From positions 2,900 through 66,899 of the forward strand of contig DJRQ01000035.1 of NCBI GenBank assembly GCA_002440125.1: a DNA stretch of 64,000 nucleotides, read 5' to 3'. Within the stretch, counting starts at the first letter, position 1. Each line of letters opens with the position of its first letter. Shown here piece after piece: positions 28,679 to 38,859 of the stretch. The notes under the pieces are model-generated. The model searched no databases and was not told the DNA's origin. It was given only the letters and a program-made list of their open reading frames with translations. The position numbers and the translations under genes are program-made. This DNA is from Bacillales bacterium UBA6356. Its GTDB lineage: Bacteria > Bacillota_I > Bacilli_A > RFN20 > CAG-826.

Positions 28679-30167
28679 AAAAAACCTCCTTCAAGAAGCG
28701 GTGCAAGCCTCTATTGCCGTTTTCATCGTCCTTATAAACCGCCACGTTTTCCAGGATCCCTCGACAGACATTATTGATGTATTCTCTCGATGAAATCTTA
28801 TCCTTCTTCATTATTTCAATCATAGGGAAGAAGGGCTCGATATCCGGATATAGGGATATTGCTTCCTCTTTCGATAAGCCTCTCGAGACAACGTCATCCA
28901 CTTCTTTTTGCTGACGAAGCAAACGAGCTGGAAGAATGAAGAGGCCAGCCGCTTCGATAAGGCCAATGCCTTCTTTTTTGATGGGGTGGTACTCTTGGTG
29001 CGCGTGGAAGATGCCATCGGGATAACGCGCATCCGTACGGTTATTCCTTAAGCCGATGATAAGACGATAGGTGTCGCCTTTCTTCTCGGCAAAGGGGGTG
29101 ATGGTGTTATGCCTTTCTTCGCCAATCCCCGAAAGGATATCGCAACTGGGGTCGGAATAAGGACGCCACGCTTGGAGGATCCTATCGCCAAGCGCCTCAA
29201 GATCAGAACGGTCCTTTCCCTCAAGGCAAAGGGCGGTGATATAGAAATCAAGGATGGAAAGCTCGCTTCCTTTCGCCGTCTTAAAAACGACTTCTTTCTT
29301 CGGCGCTTTCAAAAGAGGGAGTATAGGCTCGCCACCTTGGAAATGCTCGTGATTCAGAATCGAACCGCCGACGATGGGAAGATCGCTATTGCTACCGATA
29401 TAGAAGAAAGGGAAACGGTCGACAAAATCGAATAAGCGCGTAAAGGTCTTTCGACAAATGGCCATCGGCGTATGTTCTTTCTCGAAAGCGATAAGATGCT
29501 TTGGAAAATAGCCATAAGGGGAATATTGCAAGAACCAGCGCTCCCCCGCCAAAGAAAGGGAAACAAAACGTATGTTGGTCCGGGCGGCGTGTTTCATATC
29601 CCCATAATACCCGAGATTCTCTTCGCAAAGAGGGCATTTCGGGTAATCCACGCTTTGAACTTTTAGAAGCTTGGCGATGTCTTTGTTGTTTTTCTCGGGT
29701 TTCGAAAGATTGATCGAGATCAAAAGAGGGCTGCCCTTCTCAAATTTCGCTTCCCACAAAAGGTTCCGATCGACTTTCGTCTTTTGGAAATAATGATTGT
29801 CGATGGAAAGCTTATAAAGCCAAGAGAGGGCTTCTTTCCCTCCACTTTCCTTTTCGATATTCAAAAACATCTTTTCGGTCGCGCTCGGCAAAGGGGAAAG
29901 AAGGCCGAGGATAAAATCGGCTGCCCTTTCGCTCTCGCTTTCGCTCACCTCTTGGAGAGCCAGATCTTTTTGAAGTTCCTCTATCAAGGTGTCGGGAACC
30001 TCCAAAGAAGCAATCTTTTTCTCATCTATTTCGCCTTCGAAGGGCGAGGCCAAATGAAACTCGTGGAGAAGGATATTAGAGAAATAGATGGCATCCTCTT
30101 CGTCTAAAAAGAGATGGGTTTTGGCGTAATAAACGAATTCTTTAAGCGTTTTTTGAAGCATAATCAT
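28671..30167 (-). CDS. galT: UDP-glucose--hexose-1-phosphate uridylyltransferase, type 2 (Firmicutes-type GalT)
   Basis: 498 aa. INLSKPEK, PLCEEN and IGSNSDLPIVGGSILNHEHFQGG match type-2 GalT blocks. Confidence 0.85.
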   Translation of the reverse strand: MIMLQKTLKEFVYYAKTHLFLDEEDAIYFSNILLHEFHLASPFEGEIDEKKIASLEVPDTLIEELQKDLALQEVSESESERAADFILGLLSPLPSATEKMFLNIEKESGGKEALSWLYKLSIDNHYFQKTKVDRNLLWEAKFEKGSPLLISINLSKPEKNNKDIAKLLKVQSVDYPKCPLCEENLGYYGDMKHAARTNIRFVSLSLAGERWFLQYSPYGYFPKHLIAFEKEHTPMAICRKTFTRLFDFVDRFPFFYIGSNSDLPIVGGSILNHEHFQGGEPILPLLKAPKKEVVFKTAKGSELSILDFYITALCLEGKDRSDLEALGDRILQAWRPYSDPSCDILSGIGEERHNTITPFAEKKGDTYRLIIGLRNNRTDARYPDGIFHAHQEYHPIKKEGIGLIEAAGLFILPARLLRQQKEVDDVVSRGLSKEEAISLYPDIEPFFPMIEIMKKDKISSREYINNVCRGILENVAVYKDDENGNRGLHRFLKEVFYE

Positions 30168-31156
30168 TTCCTTTCGAAGATATATTCAATAAAGCGGCTT
30201 TGGCCCTTTTCTTTCGAGCAAAGCATCTCGTCTTTCCTTAGGATATCGAATTCCGGTTCCATGGCAAGGCCAGAATGAGGCTCTTCTAAAAAGCCCGTAT
30301 AAAGCTCGGTTCCGTCTTTTGGATAATTAAGCGCATAGCAAACAAGAGTCGGATAATCGGTGTAAAGCTTCATGGAAAAAAGAGGGCTTTCCAATAAGGC
30401 GGCCTCATCCCTTTGCTTTAAGAGCAAGAAGGCATGGTCGATGCCTTTGGCGGCGCTCTTTAGGAGATCTTGGGCATCGAGTCTTTCCTTTAAGGGAGTC
30501 AAAGAGGAAAAATCAAGGTCCTTGGGCGTTTTTTCAAAGCCCAGAGGGATTTGCTCCGCATCGTATTTGGTGCTTTCTTCGGCGGCGATGAAAAGAGAAT
30601 GGTTGGAGACGTTTTGATAGCCGCCAAGATTGAAATAGCAATGGCTCGTAAGGCTTAAAGGGGTATCGCAAGAGGAATGGCTCCGATAGGAAATCTTTAG
30701 ACGCGGCTCTTTCTTCGCGACTTCATAGATCACTTCCGTATCGACGCTTCCTGGGAAGCCTCCTTCCAAAGCGGGGCTATGGACCTTGAAAGAAACGAAA
30801 ACGGAGGCTTCGTTTTCGCTTACCGAATAATCGAATTTCTTATAGCCATATCCGGCGCTTCCCCCATGGAGCGTATTTCCGTTTTCCCCTTTCTCGAGAG
30901 AGTAGTGCTTCCCTCCGAAAAAGAGATCGCCACCCTTGATTCTTCCAGCGATTCGACCGATGGTCTTTCCATATTGCCGAGAAGTTTTAAACCAGGCTCG
31001 CTTATCCTTTTCGGCGATAAGAAGATCCTTTCCATCGAGCTTCATTCGGTAAAGACCCGCCCCCACATCGCAAAGCAAAAGCTCAAAATGGTCGTCATTG
31101 CGAAGCTCAATCCAATGGGCTCCTAATTCTTCAAACACTTTCACTTCCATTAACAT
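30164..31156 (-). CDS. galM: Aldose 1-epimerase (galactose mutarotase)
   Basis: 330 aa with the mutarotase fold pattern. N-terminal ...IELRND..ELLLCDVGAGL... Sits in the gal operon. Confidence 0.8.
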   Translation of the reverse strand: MLMEVKVFEELGAHWIELRNDDHFELLLCDVGAGLYRMKLDGKDLLIAEKDKRAWFKTSRQYGKTIGRIAGRIKGGDLFFGGKHYSLEKGENGNTLHGGSAGYGYKKFDYSVSENEASVFVSFKVHSPALEGGFPGSVDTEVIYEVAKKEPRLKISYRSHSSCDTPLSLTSHCYFNLGGYQNVSNHSLFIAAEESTKYDAEQIPLGFEKTPKDLDFSSLTPLKERLDAQDLLKSAAKGIDHAFLLLKQRDEAALLESPLFSMKLYTDYPTLVCYALNYPKDGTELYTGFLEEPHSGLAMEPEFDILRKDEMLCSKEKGQSRFIEYIFERK

Positions 31157-32361
31157 AGCTCCTTTAATATGTTCTTTAGCTCTTTTTCGCTAAGTTCTTT
31201 CGGAACGGGGTAAAGAGGATTCGCCTCCTTGGCGGCGTGTTTTGCCAACGCTCCCAAATCCCCTTCCTTGATGACCCCCTTAAAATCCTTCGGTATCCCC
31301 ATGCGAGCATTCATTTCCTCGATATGGGCGATATAAGAGTCCGCTTTTTCCTTAATCGAGGCATCATAAGGCAAAAGAAGGCTGGCATCGGATAAACGCG
31401 CAAGAGGCTTATAAACGCTTTTGCCATATACTCTTAATAGTTTCGGCAAAAGAATCGCGTTGGCTAAGCCATGCGGAACATTATAAAATCCGCCAAGCGC
31501 GTGCGCCAAGGCGTGCACATAGCCAACATAGCTTCTTGTGAAGGCAGCGCCAGCCAAATAAGAAGCTTTGAGCATCGCTTCCCGCGGCTCTTGGCTCAGG
31601 GGATCGCGATAAAACGCTTCGAGATTTTCAAAAATCAAGCGCGATGCTTGAATGCTATAGGATTTGGTTTTGCGCGTCCGGGCTTTTCCGATAAACGCCT
31701 CCACCGCGTGCGTTAAAGCGTCCATTCCCGTGGAAGCGATAATATGGGGAGGCAAGGTCTTTAGGACAATCGGATCCAAAACCGCAAGGTTCGGGATGAT
31801 ATTCGGATCGTTGATGGAGAATTTATCTTTTGTTTTTTCGTTTACGAGGACCGCTGCCAAAGTCGTTTCGCTCCCCGTTCCGGCGGTCGAAGGTATGGCG
31901 ATAAGCATTGAAAAACGCTTATGGACTTTCAAAAGCCCTTTGAGTTTTTCAGGGTTCTCTATTTTATTGGCAACCATGGCTCCCACCGCTTTAGCAGTAT
32001 CCATGACGCTTCCACCTCCTAAAGCGATAATGGAATCGCAATTCCCTTTAACGAAGGCGGCCTTGGCCCCCAAAACACAACTGAAGGTCGGATTAGGAAC
32101 GATTTCGCTATAGAAAATAGGATTGTAGTTGCTTTCCGAAAGGCTTTCCGAAAGGCTCTTATAGCATTCCGATTGGAGGAGATTGGGAGAAACAAGAACA
32201 AAGGGACGGTAGAAGCCTTTTTCGCGGAGGTAGGAAGCGATTTGTTTTATCGAACCCTCCCCTTCGATGAGAGGAGGGTTCTTGATGGCAAGCAAAGGCA
32301 TGCCTATTTTATTTAAGAAGAATTGGTAGGTGCGACAATACGCCTTTTCAAAGATATTCAT
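31150..32361 (-). CDS. Iron-containing (group III) alcohol dehydrogenase
   Basis: GGGSVMDTAKAVG signature and His-rich metal site HALAHALGG. The start is trimmed to M28 (MNIFEKAY, AAAGGAG RBS), which removes the overlap with cls. Confidence 0.8.
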   Translation of the reverse strand: MNIFEKAYCRTYQFFLNKIGMPLLAIKNPPLIEGEGSIKQIASYLREKGFYRPFVLVSPNLLQSECYKSLSESLSESNYNPIFYSEIVPNPTFSCVLGAKAAFVKGNCDSIIALGGGSVMDTAKAVGAMVANKIENPEKLKGLLKVHKRFSMLIAIPSTAGTGSETTLAAVLVNEKTKDKFSINDPNIIPNLAVLDPIVLKTLPPHIIASTGMDALTHAVEAFIGKARTRKTKSYSIQASRLIFENLEAFYRDPLSQEPREAMLKASYLAGAAFTRSYVGYVHALAHALGGFYNVPHGLANAILLPKLLRVYGKSVYKPLARLSDASLLLPYDASIKEKADSYIAHIEEMNARMGIPKDFKGVIKEGDLGALAKHAAKEANPLYPVPKELSEKELKNILKELC

Positions 32362-32372
32362 AGAAGACTCCT

Positions 32373-33941
32373 TTATAGCAATGGTGCAAAGAGGGACAAA
32401 ATGGCCCATAAAAGCCATTTTTTCCGTTTTTGTCTTTTCCACGATTCGAAGCGGATTTCTTGGCTAACCTCAAAAGTGTCGAGAAAGTCTTGCTTCATCT
32501 TAGGAATCGCTGAGTTCTTGATTAACAAAGTGCTATTCTCGCTATGCAGATAAAGCGAACGATAGTCGAGATTGATAGTGCCGATGCTGGCTAAGGAATC
32601 ATCCACCACAAACATCTTTTGATGGACGAAACCGGGCGTGTACTCATAGATTTTTACCCCTTTCGAAAGGAGCTCCCCATAGTTTTTCCGCGTCAATTCA
32701 AAAACCATTTTCTTGTCGGGAATATGAGGGACAAGAAGACGCACATCCACGCCGCTAAGCGCGGCTCGGATGATGGCGTCTTTCATCTTTTCGTCAGGCA
32801 AAAAGTAAGGCGTCGACATATAGACGTACTTTTTGGCGCTTCCTAGCAAGGAGATATAGACCTCCTCCCCGATAGGCACTTCATCATACGGGATATCCCC
32901 ATAAGGCAAGACAAAGCCATCGTTTGGAGGAAAGCCGCCATCTTCGTCGATATAGCGTTCCGGTTCATAAAGGCGGTAATCGATTTTCTTGCCGAGTTTG
33001 CCAAAGTTGGTTTCATAATCGGCCAAAAAGAGAAGGGTATAGCCATAAACCGCTTTCCCCTTCACCATAATGGCATTGTCTTTCCAATGCCCGAAACGTT
33101 TTTCGCGATTGATGTATTCATCGGCAATATTGATGCCGCCAGTGAAGGCCGTATGTCCGTCGATAACCAAAATCTTACGGTGGTTCCGATTGTTCATTCG
33201 GACATCCAAAAAAGGCTTGATAGGACGGAAAATGTGGGCCTTGATGCCTTCTTTTCGGAGTTCTTTGTCGTAATGGGGAGAGGTCGCCCCAAGGTTACCG
33301 ACATCATCGTATATAACGCGAACATCCACGCCTTCTTTTGCTTTTTCTTTGAGTATGGAAAGGATTTGGAACCACATGAAACCCGGTTTGATGATGAAAA
33401 ATTCCAAAAAGATGAAGTGCTTGGCCTTTTTGAGCTCCGAAAGCATTCTCGGGAAAGCGTCATCGCCTAATGGGAAATAAGAAACCTCGCTATGGGAGAA
33501 AAGGCGCCCACTTCTTTCCTTTTCGATTAAGGAAGCGATCTTCGCTCCCTCTTGAGAGCTCTTCTCTAGAGCTTCCTCTTCGTCTAATAAACGCGGCTCT
33601 TCCGATAAAAGCTGGTAATACCTCTTGCTATAGGCGACCGCTTTCCTCGTTTTAAGCTTATGGGCGAAAAGCAAATAGAAAACAACGCCAAGAAAAGGCA
33701 AGGCCACAATCAAAAAAAGCCAGCTAAGCTTATATTCGTTCTCGGCGCTGCTATTGACGATGAAAACGCCTAAAGCAACTGAAAAGAGCCAAGAACCGAC
33801 GATGAAATAAGTGGCGTAATTGCTTTGTAATCCATCATTGAGCAAAGTGACGCAAAACCAAGCGACAAGGCCGATTTCGGCAAGCACAAGAAGAATCGTG
33901 ATGGCTTTGGTCCAAATGCCTTTGGCAAAAAATTTCATCAT
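32373..33941 (-). CDS. cls: Cardiolipin synthase (PLD superfamily)
   Basis: Two N-terminal TM helices. Two HKD motifs: HRKILVIDGHTAFTGGIN and HQKMFVVDDSLASIGTIN. Confidence 0.85.
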   Translation of the reverse strand: MMKFFAKGIWTKAITILLVLAEIGLVAWFCVTLLNDGLQSNYATYFIVGSWLFSVALGVFIVNSSAENEYKLSWLFLIVALPFLGVVFYLLFAHKLKTRKAVAYSKRYYQLLSEEPRLLDEEEALEKSSQEGAKIASLIEKERSGRLFSHSEVSYFPLGDDAFPRMLSELKKAKHFIFLEFFIIKPGFMWFQILSILKEKAKEGVDVRVIYDDVGNLGATSPHYDKELRKEGIKAHIFRPIKPFLDVRMNNRNHRKILVIDGHTAFTGGINIADEYINREKRFGHWKDNAIMVKGKAVYGYTLLFLADYETNFGKLGKKIDYRLYEPERYIDEDGGFPPNDGFVLPYGDIPYDEVPIGEEVYISLLGSAKKYVYMSTPYFLPDEKMKDAIIRAALSGVDVRLLVPHIPDKKMVFELTRKNYGELLSKGVKIYEYTPGFVHQKMFVVDDSLASIGTINLDYRSLYLHSENSTLLIKNSAIPKMKQDFLDTFEVSQEIRFESWKRQKRKKWLLWAILSLFAPLL

Positions 33942-33976
33942 CCCTATTCTAGCAAAGCTAGAAGAGAAAAGGGGAA

Positions 33977-35452
33977 TTAATCGACATCAAGCGCTTCGAG
34001 GCCTTTTTTGTTCTCTCCCGTTTGCCTTTTCGGAGCTTTGACGAAGAGGAAAATCGCAAAGGCGAGGCTCATAAAGCAAAAGGCGTAAATCGGTAAGGCG
34101 CGCCATTGTTTGGTTCCTTTGAAAATAAGGCCGATAAGGATCGGGGTCACGCTTTGGGCAATCATGCTCGCGGTGTAGTAATAGCCGGTAAATTTGCCAA
34201 TTTGCTTGCTGTTACAGAAATCCACGACCATCGGGAAGCTATTGATGTGAATAAGAGAAGAGCCAATGCCCATAATGCCAAAAACAATAAAGAGCACCCA
34301 AGGGCCTTTGGTTTCGTAAGTAAGGGCCGCCCCATCATTTATGCCACTGGGGACGAAGATGAAGCCAAGATAGCAAAGAGCAACCACGGCAATACCGATA
34401 AGAACCGTCTTTTTCCTTCCGATTTTATCGGCTAAAAAGCCAGCGACCAAGAAAGTCAAGGCCGAGCAAATGCCATTGACCAAATCGAGGCTGCTTTTAA
34501 AACTCGTGGGCGAATCCAAATAGAACATGGTGTAAGAGCTCATGAACGTTTCGACGGCGTTAAAGGCCATAAACCAGCAGACTTCCGAGGCCAAAATAAG
34601 AAGAAGGGCTTTTTTGTTGGCTTTGCTCATCGGGGCGTTATCGTCGACTTGATCGACTGTTTCGCTCATCTTATCGCCACGCTCCATCTCGCTTTTCATC
34701 GCTAAGGCAATCTTATTTTCCTTCACTTTCCAAACGAGCACCAAAAGGGAAAGAAGCATTACCACGCTAGCGACTAAGAAAGGCACTTCGATCCACCATA
34801 GCTTCTCATAGGAATTCGTTTTAGACGCATCTAGATAAGAACTGAAAGGCATGATGATGCCAAATAAAACCGCCACCGCGCCTCCGATATAGCCGATGAT
34901 ATTGATAATGCCATTGGCTTTGCTTCGGAGGGGTTTGGGAGTGACGTCTGGCATAAGGGCGACAGCCGCCGGACGGTACATCATCATGAAGCAAAGAACG
35001 ATGACCATGGTGGTGATAACGCCGCCAATCCCCACGGCGTAGTTATCTTGAATCATGCCAAGATGGAAGAAGACGGGAATGAAGGGAAGGGCGATCGCGC
35101 TTACCACCGTTCCCACGATGATAAAGGGCATTCGGCGCCCTAATTTGGTATGCGTTTTGTCGCTTAAGGAGCCGAAAATCGGCATCAAAAATAAAGCGGC
35201 TATGTTATCAAGCGCCATAATGATGCCAACGAGATATTGGACATCGAGAAAGAGGTTTTGGTTCTCTGGCAGCTTTAATGCGGCCGAATCCACACCGTAA
35301 ATCGACTCGGCGAAAAGATAAGTCAAAAAGGAGCCGCAATAGGAATTGTAGATGCCCCACAAAAGCAAAATGCCAAAGAAGGCAATGCCGATAAGGCAAG
35401 TCCTTTTGACATTGAGTTTCATTTTTTTAGGCTTTGATGACGTTTGTTCCAT
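33977..35452 (-). CDS. MFS transporter, glycoside-pentoside-hexuronide:cation symporter-like
   Basis: About 12 predicted TM helices. The MFS motif region GRRMPFIIVG is present. The start is uncertain: 35452 (MEQTSS, GAAGG RBS) is preferred over the track start at 35512. Confidence 0.65.
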   Translation of the reverse strand: MEQTSSKPKKMKLNVKRTCLIGIAFFGILLLWGIYNSYCGSFLTYLFAESIYGVDSAALKLPENQNLFLDVQYLVGIIMALDNIAALFLMPIFGSLSDKTHTKLGRRMPFIIVGTVVSAIALPFIPVFFHLGMIQDNYAVGIGGVITTMVIVLCFMMMYRPAAVALMPDVTPKPLRSKANGIINIIGYIGGAVAVLFGIIMPFSSYLDASKTNSYEKLWWIEVPFLVASVVMLLSLLVLVWKVKENKIALAMKSEMERGDKMSETVDQVDDNAPMSKANKKALLLILASEVCWFMAFNAVETFMSSYTMFYLDSPTSFKSSLDLVNGICSALTFLVAGFLADKIGRKKTVLIGIAVVALCYLGFIFVPSGINDGAALTYETKGPWVLFIVFGIMGIGSSLIHINSFPMVVDFCNSKQIGKFTGYYYTASMIAQSVTPILIGLIFKGTKQWRALPIYAFCFMSLAFAIFLFVKAPKRQTGENKKGLEALDVD

Positions 35453-35487
35453 AAATGACCTTCTTTCTTTCGATTGTTTATCGAACC

Positions 35488-36231
35488 TCATTTTCTTAGA
35501 GGCGCCTTCCACTCAAATCCTTCCCGCAAGAGGAATTCCTTTTTCTTTTCGTTAAAGCAAGAGACGCTAAACTTCTCAGGATGGGCGAGGAAAAATTCCC
35601 GAAGTTCTTGATTGATAAGAGGCAAAACCTTGATAAAGAGAGGGTTGGTCTCAATGGGATCATAGAGAATTTCAGGCCCTTTCTTAATGAAAGACATCAT
35701 TTCCTTGGCCTTTTCTTTGCCGAATTGAAGCACCAATGTCTCATAATTCGGCAAAAGGCTTGCTCTTTCTTCCTCGCTAAAACGGAAGCAAAGCGAAATA
35801 TTTCGCATCATATAGAGGTAGCTATCCTCCCTTTTTCCACATCGGAAAGCCAAAAAGGAGGCATTTTCGGCCACGAAGCGCTCATTCCTTACGTCCTCGA
35901 GTTCGCTAAAAGCCAAAAGCAAAAGCTCATAGGAGGAAAGAGCTTCCTCTGGCAAGAAGCGCTTGCTATTCTTTTTCAAAACCTCAAGCGCATCATAAGC
36001 CCACTCTCTCCCCTTATAGGGCTCTTTATCGTTACTGAAAGCGAAAAAGCAAAGCAAATCCAGCGCCAATAGATCATTGGGTTCTTGCATAAAGCCGTTT
36101 TTATAGGCGCTTTCGCGGAAGGAAATGGCTAAGGAAGAGAAGCCCTTTGCCTTCTCTTTCATGATTTTCTTAAAAAGATAGTCGTAGCCGCTTTCGGCTT
36201 CTTCCAGGCTCATCTTTTCCTCAGTTTTCAT
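35488..36231 (-). CDS. Hypothetical cytoplasmic protein (no recognisable domain)
   Basis: 247 aa. Hydrophilic, without TM helices or known motifs. Lies immediately downstream of phoR. Confidence 0.45.
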   Translation of the reverse strand: MKTEEKMSLEEAESGYDYLFKKIMKEKAKGFSSLAISFRESAYKNGFMQEPNDLLALDLLCFFAFSNDKEPYKGREWAYDALEVLKKNSKRFLPEEALSSYELLLLAFSELEDVRNERFVAENASFLAFRCGKREDSYLYMMRNISLCFRFSEEERASLLPNYETLVLQFGKEKAKEMMSFIKKGPEILYDPIETNPLFIKVLPLINQELREFFLAHPEKFSVSCFNEKKKEFLLREGFEWKAPLRK

Positions 36232-36243
36232 CTTTTCCCCGCC

Positions 36244-37611
36244 TTAGAAAATGATCTCGAATGTGCTTCCTTTTCCAAGTTCGCTATTCACTTTAACACG
36301 ATAGCCGTTATTAAGACACAAATGTTTGACGATGGCTAAGCCTAGGCCAGTGCTGTCGTTAGAACGGCTCCGCGAGCGATCGGCGATGTAGAATCTTTCG
36401 AAAATGCGCGGCATATCCTTTTTCGCAATGCCTACGCCGGTGTCAGAAATAGAAAAGCTTTTGGAATCCAAATGGATCTCGAGCAAGCCGCCTTCTTTGT
36501 TGTACTTGATCGCATTGCTAATAAGATTTTCGAAAATCATCGACAAATCCTTAGCGCTTCCTTTTAAAATGGTTGGTTTTTCGTCTTTTATGAGCTTAAT
36601 CCCCTTCTTCTCGATCTGCGGTTTGAAAGTCAAAAGCATCGACTCCACCATCGCTAAAACATCCACCTCTTCCTTTTTTTGCGGAAGATTGGACTCGATG
36701 CCGAAAAGAGTGAACATCCCTTCGACGATGGCTTTCATGTGGAGAGCGCTTTGGAGAGTCACATCGTTGGCTTTCAAAAGGCCTTCTTTATCGTTCACGA
36801 TGCCATTTTGGATGAGTTCTTGGTAACCGATGATGGAGGTCAAAGGGCTTTTAAGCTCGTGAGAGGCGTTTTGAAAGAATTCCTTCCGTATTTTGGCAGC
36901 CAGGCGATTTTCCGAAACGTCAAGGACGAAAAAAGCGAAACGATAGGACTCCGCCTTGGTATCGTTGGCGGTCGGGATAAACAAATAGGTCTTTTCGCCT
37001 ATTGGGACGTCAAAGGAGTGAACAATCCCTTCGAAAAGAGCGCGATAGTTGCGATTGGCTTCTTCGCCTAAGCCCAAAGAAGGGAAGTCTTTCCCAAGCG
37101 TTTCTTCCCGCGTCTTCCCTAAATATCCTAAAGCGATGTCATTGGCATCTTTCACTTTGTAGTTGTTGTCGAAAAGGAGATAGCCTTGCCGCATATGGGA
37201 GATAAGAAAGTCGTCCTTCTTCTTTTCTTCCATCATCTCGCCGAGAAGCTTTTGATAGGAAGAAAGAGCTTTTTTTACGGCGAAAAGAAGATCTTTTTCA
37301 TCGCCTTCAAGAAAGAAGTCCGGGCATTCTTTCCGAAGCAAAAGAAGTTTTTTCTTCTCTTCCTTCTTAATGGCAAAAGAAGCTAAAAAAGAGCAGCAAA
37401 CAGCAAGGAGGATGGTCCCTAGAAGAGAGATAAGAAGAACCCGATAGGAGCACTCCTTTTCTTCGCTAAAAAACAAAACGAGAAAAGAAAGGCCCGACAA
37501 AAGAAAGCCAAAGCCGAAAAAGCAAACAAAAGGAAGCCAAAAACGCCTTTTAGCCGTTCCAGCGGTATCCGACGCCGTAGACCGTTTCGATGATTTTCCC
37601 ATCTTTATCAC
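36244..37611 (-). CDS. phoR: Sensor histidine kinase (PhoR-like)
   Basis: N-terminal TM helices, the H-box HELKSPLTSIIGY, and an HATPase region (N, G1 and G2 boxes). It is adjacent to the OmpR-family regulator and the pst/phoU genes. Its start overlaps the regulator's end by about 60 nt. Confidence 0.75.
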   Translation of the reverse strand: MIKMGKSSKRSTASDTAGTAKRRFWLPFVCFFGFGFLLSGLSFLVLFFSEEKECSYRVLLISLLGTILLAVCCSFLASFAIKKEEKKKLLLLRKECPDFFLEGDEKDLLFAVKKALSSYQKLLGEMMEEKKKDDFLISHMRQGYLLFDNNYKVKDANDIALGYLGKTREETLGKDFPSLGLGEEANRNYRALFEGIVHSFDVPIGEKTYLFIPTANDTKAESYRFAFFVLDVSENRLAAKIRKEFFQNASHELKSPLTSIIGYQELIQNGIVNDKEGLLKANDVTLQSALHMKAIVEGMFTLFGIESNLPQKKEEVDVLAMVESMLLTFKPQIEKKGIKLIKDEKPTILKGSAKDLSMIFENLISNAIKYNKEGGLLEIHLDSKSFSISDTGVGIAKKDMPRIFERFYIADRSRSRSNDSTGLGLAIVKHLCLNNGYRVKVNSELGKGSTFEIIF

Positions 37612-38230
37612 CTAATTTCTTCCTAAGATCCTTGATGTGAACGTCAAGGACCCTCGATTCATAGCAAGCGTCGTTGCCCCATAGTTTCTTAAAGAGCTCG
37701 TCGCGCGTAATAACTTTATCTTTATTCATCGCAAAGAAAAGCAAAAGCTCGAATTCGGTGTAGGTCAAACGAACAGGCGTCTCTTTTTCGAAAAGTTCGC
37801 GCCGCGCTGGTATCAAAGTGAAATCGCCAAAATGGATGTTTTCGGAGGTTAAGATCCTTCGAGCCTTCGAGTTCACGCGGGAGATGAGTTCAAGAACGTC
37901 GAAAGGTTTGGAAATATAGTCATCCGCGCCAAGTTCGAGGCCTTCGATTTTGTTTTCAAGAAGCGTCTTAGCGGAAACGATGAGAATCTGAAGAGAATCA
38001 TCATGATATTCCTCGCGGATCTTCCGAAGGACGTCTTCCCCTTTCATTTCCGGGAGCATGAGATCCAGCAAAAGGATATTCGGCTTCTTTTTCTGATAGT
38101 CTTCCAAAAAGGAAGTGGGCCTATCAAAGGTCCGAATCTCATATCCCTGGCTTTTTAAGGCCAAATTCATCAAACGGGAAATATCGGCATCGTCTTCGAG
38201 TATGTCGATAAGCAGCTCTTTTTTTTCCAT
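37550..38230 (-). CDS. phoP: OmpR-family response regulator (PhoP/PhoB-like)
   Basis: Receiver domain with DLMLP and K residues. The C-terminal winged helix ends in TVYGVGYRW. Confidence 0.85.
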   Translation of the reverse strand: MEKKELLIDILEDDADISRLMNLALKSQGYEIRTFDRPTSFLEDYQKKKPNILLLDLMLPEMKGEDVLRKIREEYHDDSLQILIVSAKTLLENKIEGLELGADDYISKPFDVLELISRVNSKARRILTSENIHFGDFTLIPARRELFEKETPVRLTYTEFELLLFFAMNKDKVITRDELFKKLWGNDACYESRVLDVHIKDLRKKLGDKDGKIIETVYGVGYRWNG

Positions 38231-38232
38231 AA

Positions 38233-38859
38233 CTAAATTATCATCCTATTTTTATAAAGGCCGGAAGCGATGTAAATAGCCCATTCGGCAATATTGGTAC
38301 TATGGTCGGCCACCCTTTCGGCGTATTTGGCCAACAATATGCTATAGACGTTTTCCACATCGTTGTTCCCTTTATCGGGGCTTAGCGCGATGTCCTCGAC
38401 GATTTTGGCGTAGAGCTTATCCACCTCATCGTCACGTTCGATAATCTCTTGCGATTTCTTTTCGTCGAGATTCAAAAAAGCATCGAAAGAGTCCTCCACC
38501 ATGCGTAGGCTCTTCTCGAGAATGCTCTTCAAAAGAGGGTTCACTTTGAAATGGGATCCTTTTTTGAGGTTGGAGACGCACCAAAGCACGTCTTCGGCGT
38601 GGTCGCCGATCCTCTCGAAATCGGAAACGGCTTTGAAAATGCCGGTTATTTCTCTTAAATCCTTGGCAAAAGGCCGCTCTTTCAAAATGAGTTTCAAGCA
38701 ATCTTCTTCGATGAGGCATTCGAAGTTATCGATCGTTTCGTCGTTGACCGTCTCTTCTTTGTTCTCCATCGAATAGGACTCATAAGCCTTTTGGAGAGAG
38801 GAAAGGGTGAATTCGCACATCTTCCTCACACTCGTCTCAAGCGGTTTTAAATCGAGCAT
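38233..38859 (-). CDS. phoU: Phosphate signalling complex protein PhoU
   Basis: 208 aa. Two PhoU repeats, each with E..D...DHAE/RVADH motifs. Confidence 0.85.
   Translation of the reverse strand: MLDLKPLETSVRKMCEFTLSSLQKAYESYSMENKEETVNDETIDNFECLIEEDCLKLILKERPFAKDLREITGIFKAVSDFERIGDHAEDVLWCVSNLKKGSHFKVNPLLKSILEKSLRMVEDSFDAFLNLDEKKSQEIIERDDEVDKLYAKIVEDIALSPDKGNNDVENVYSILLAKYAERVADHSTNIAEWAIYIASGLYKNRMII

Noticed and set aside
37550-37611. 62-nt overlap between the response-regulator stop and histidine-kinase start, considered a possible frameshift or fusion
   Set aside because: Both reading frames are intact with full domain complements. Overlaps of this kind occur in two-component operons, or the kinase may use a downstream non-ATG start. 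There is no evidence of a pseudogene.
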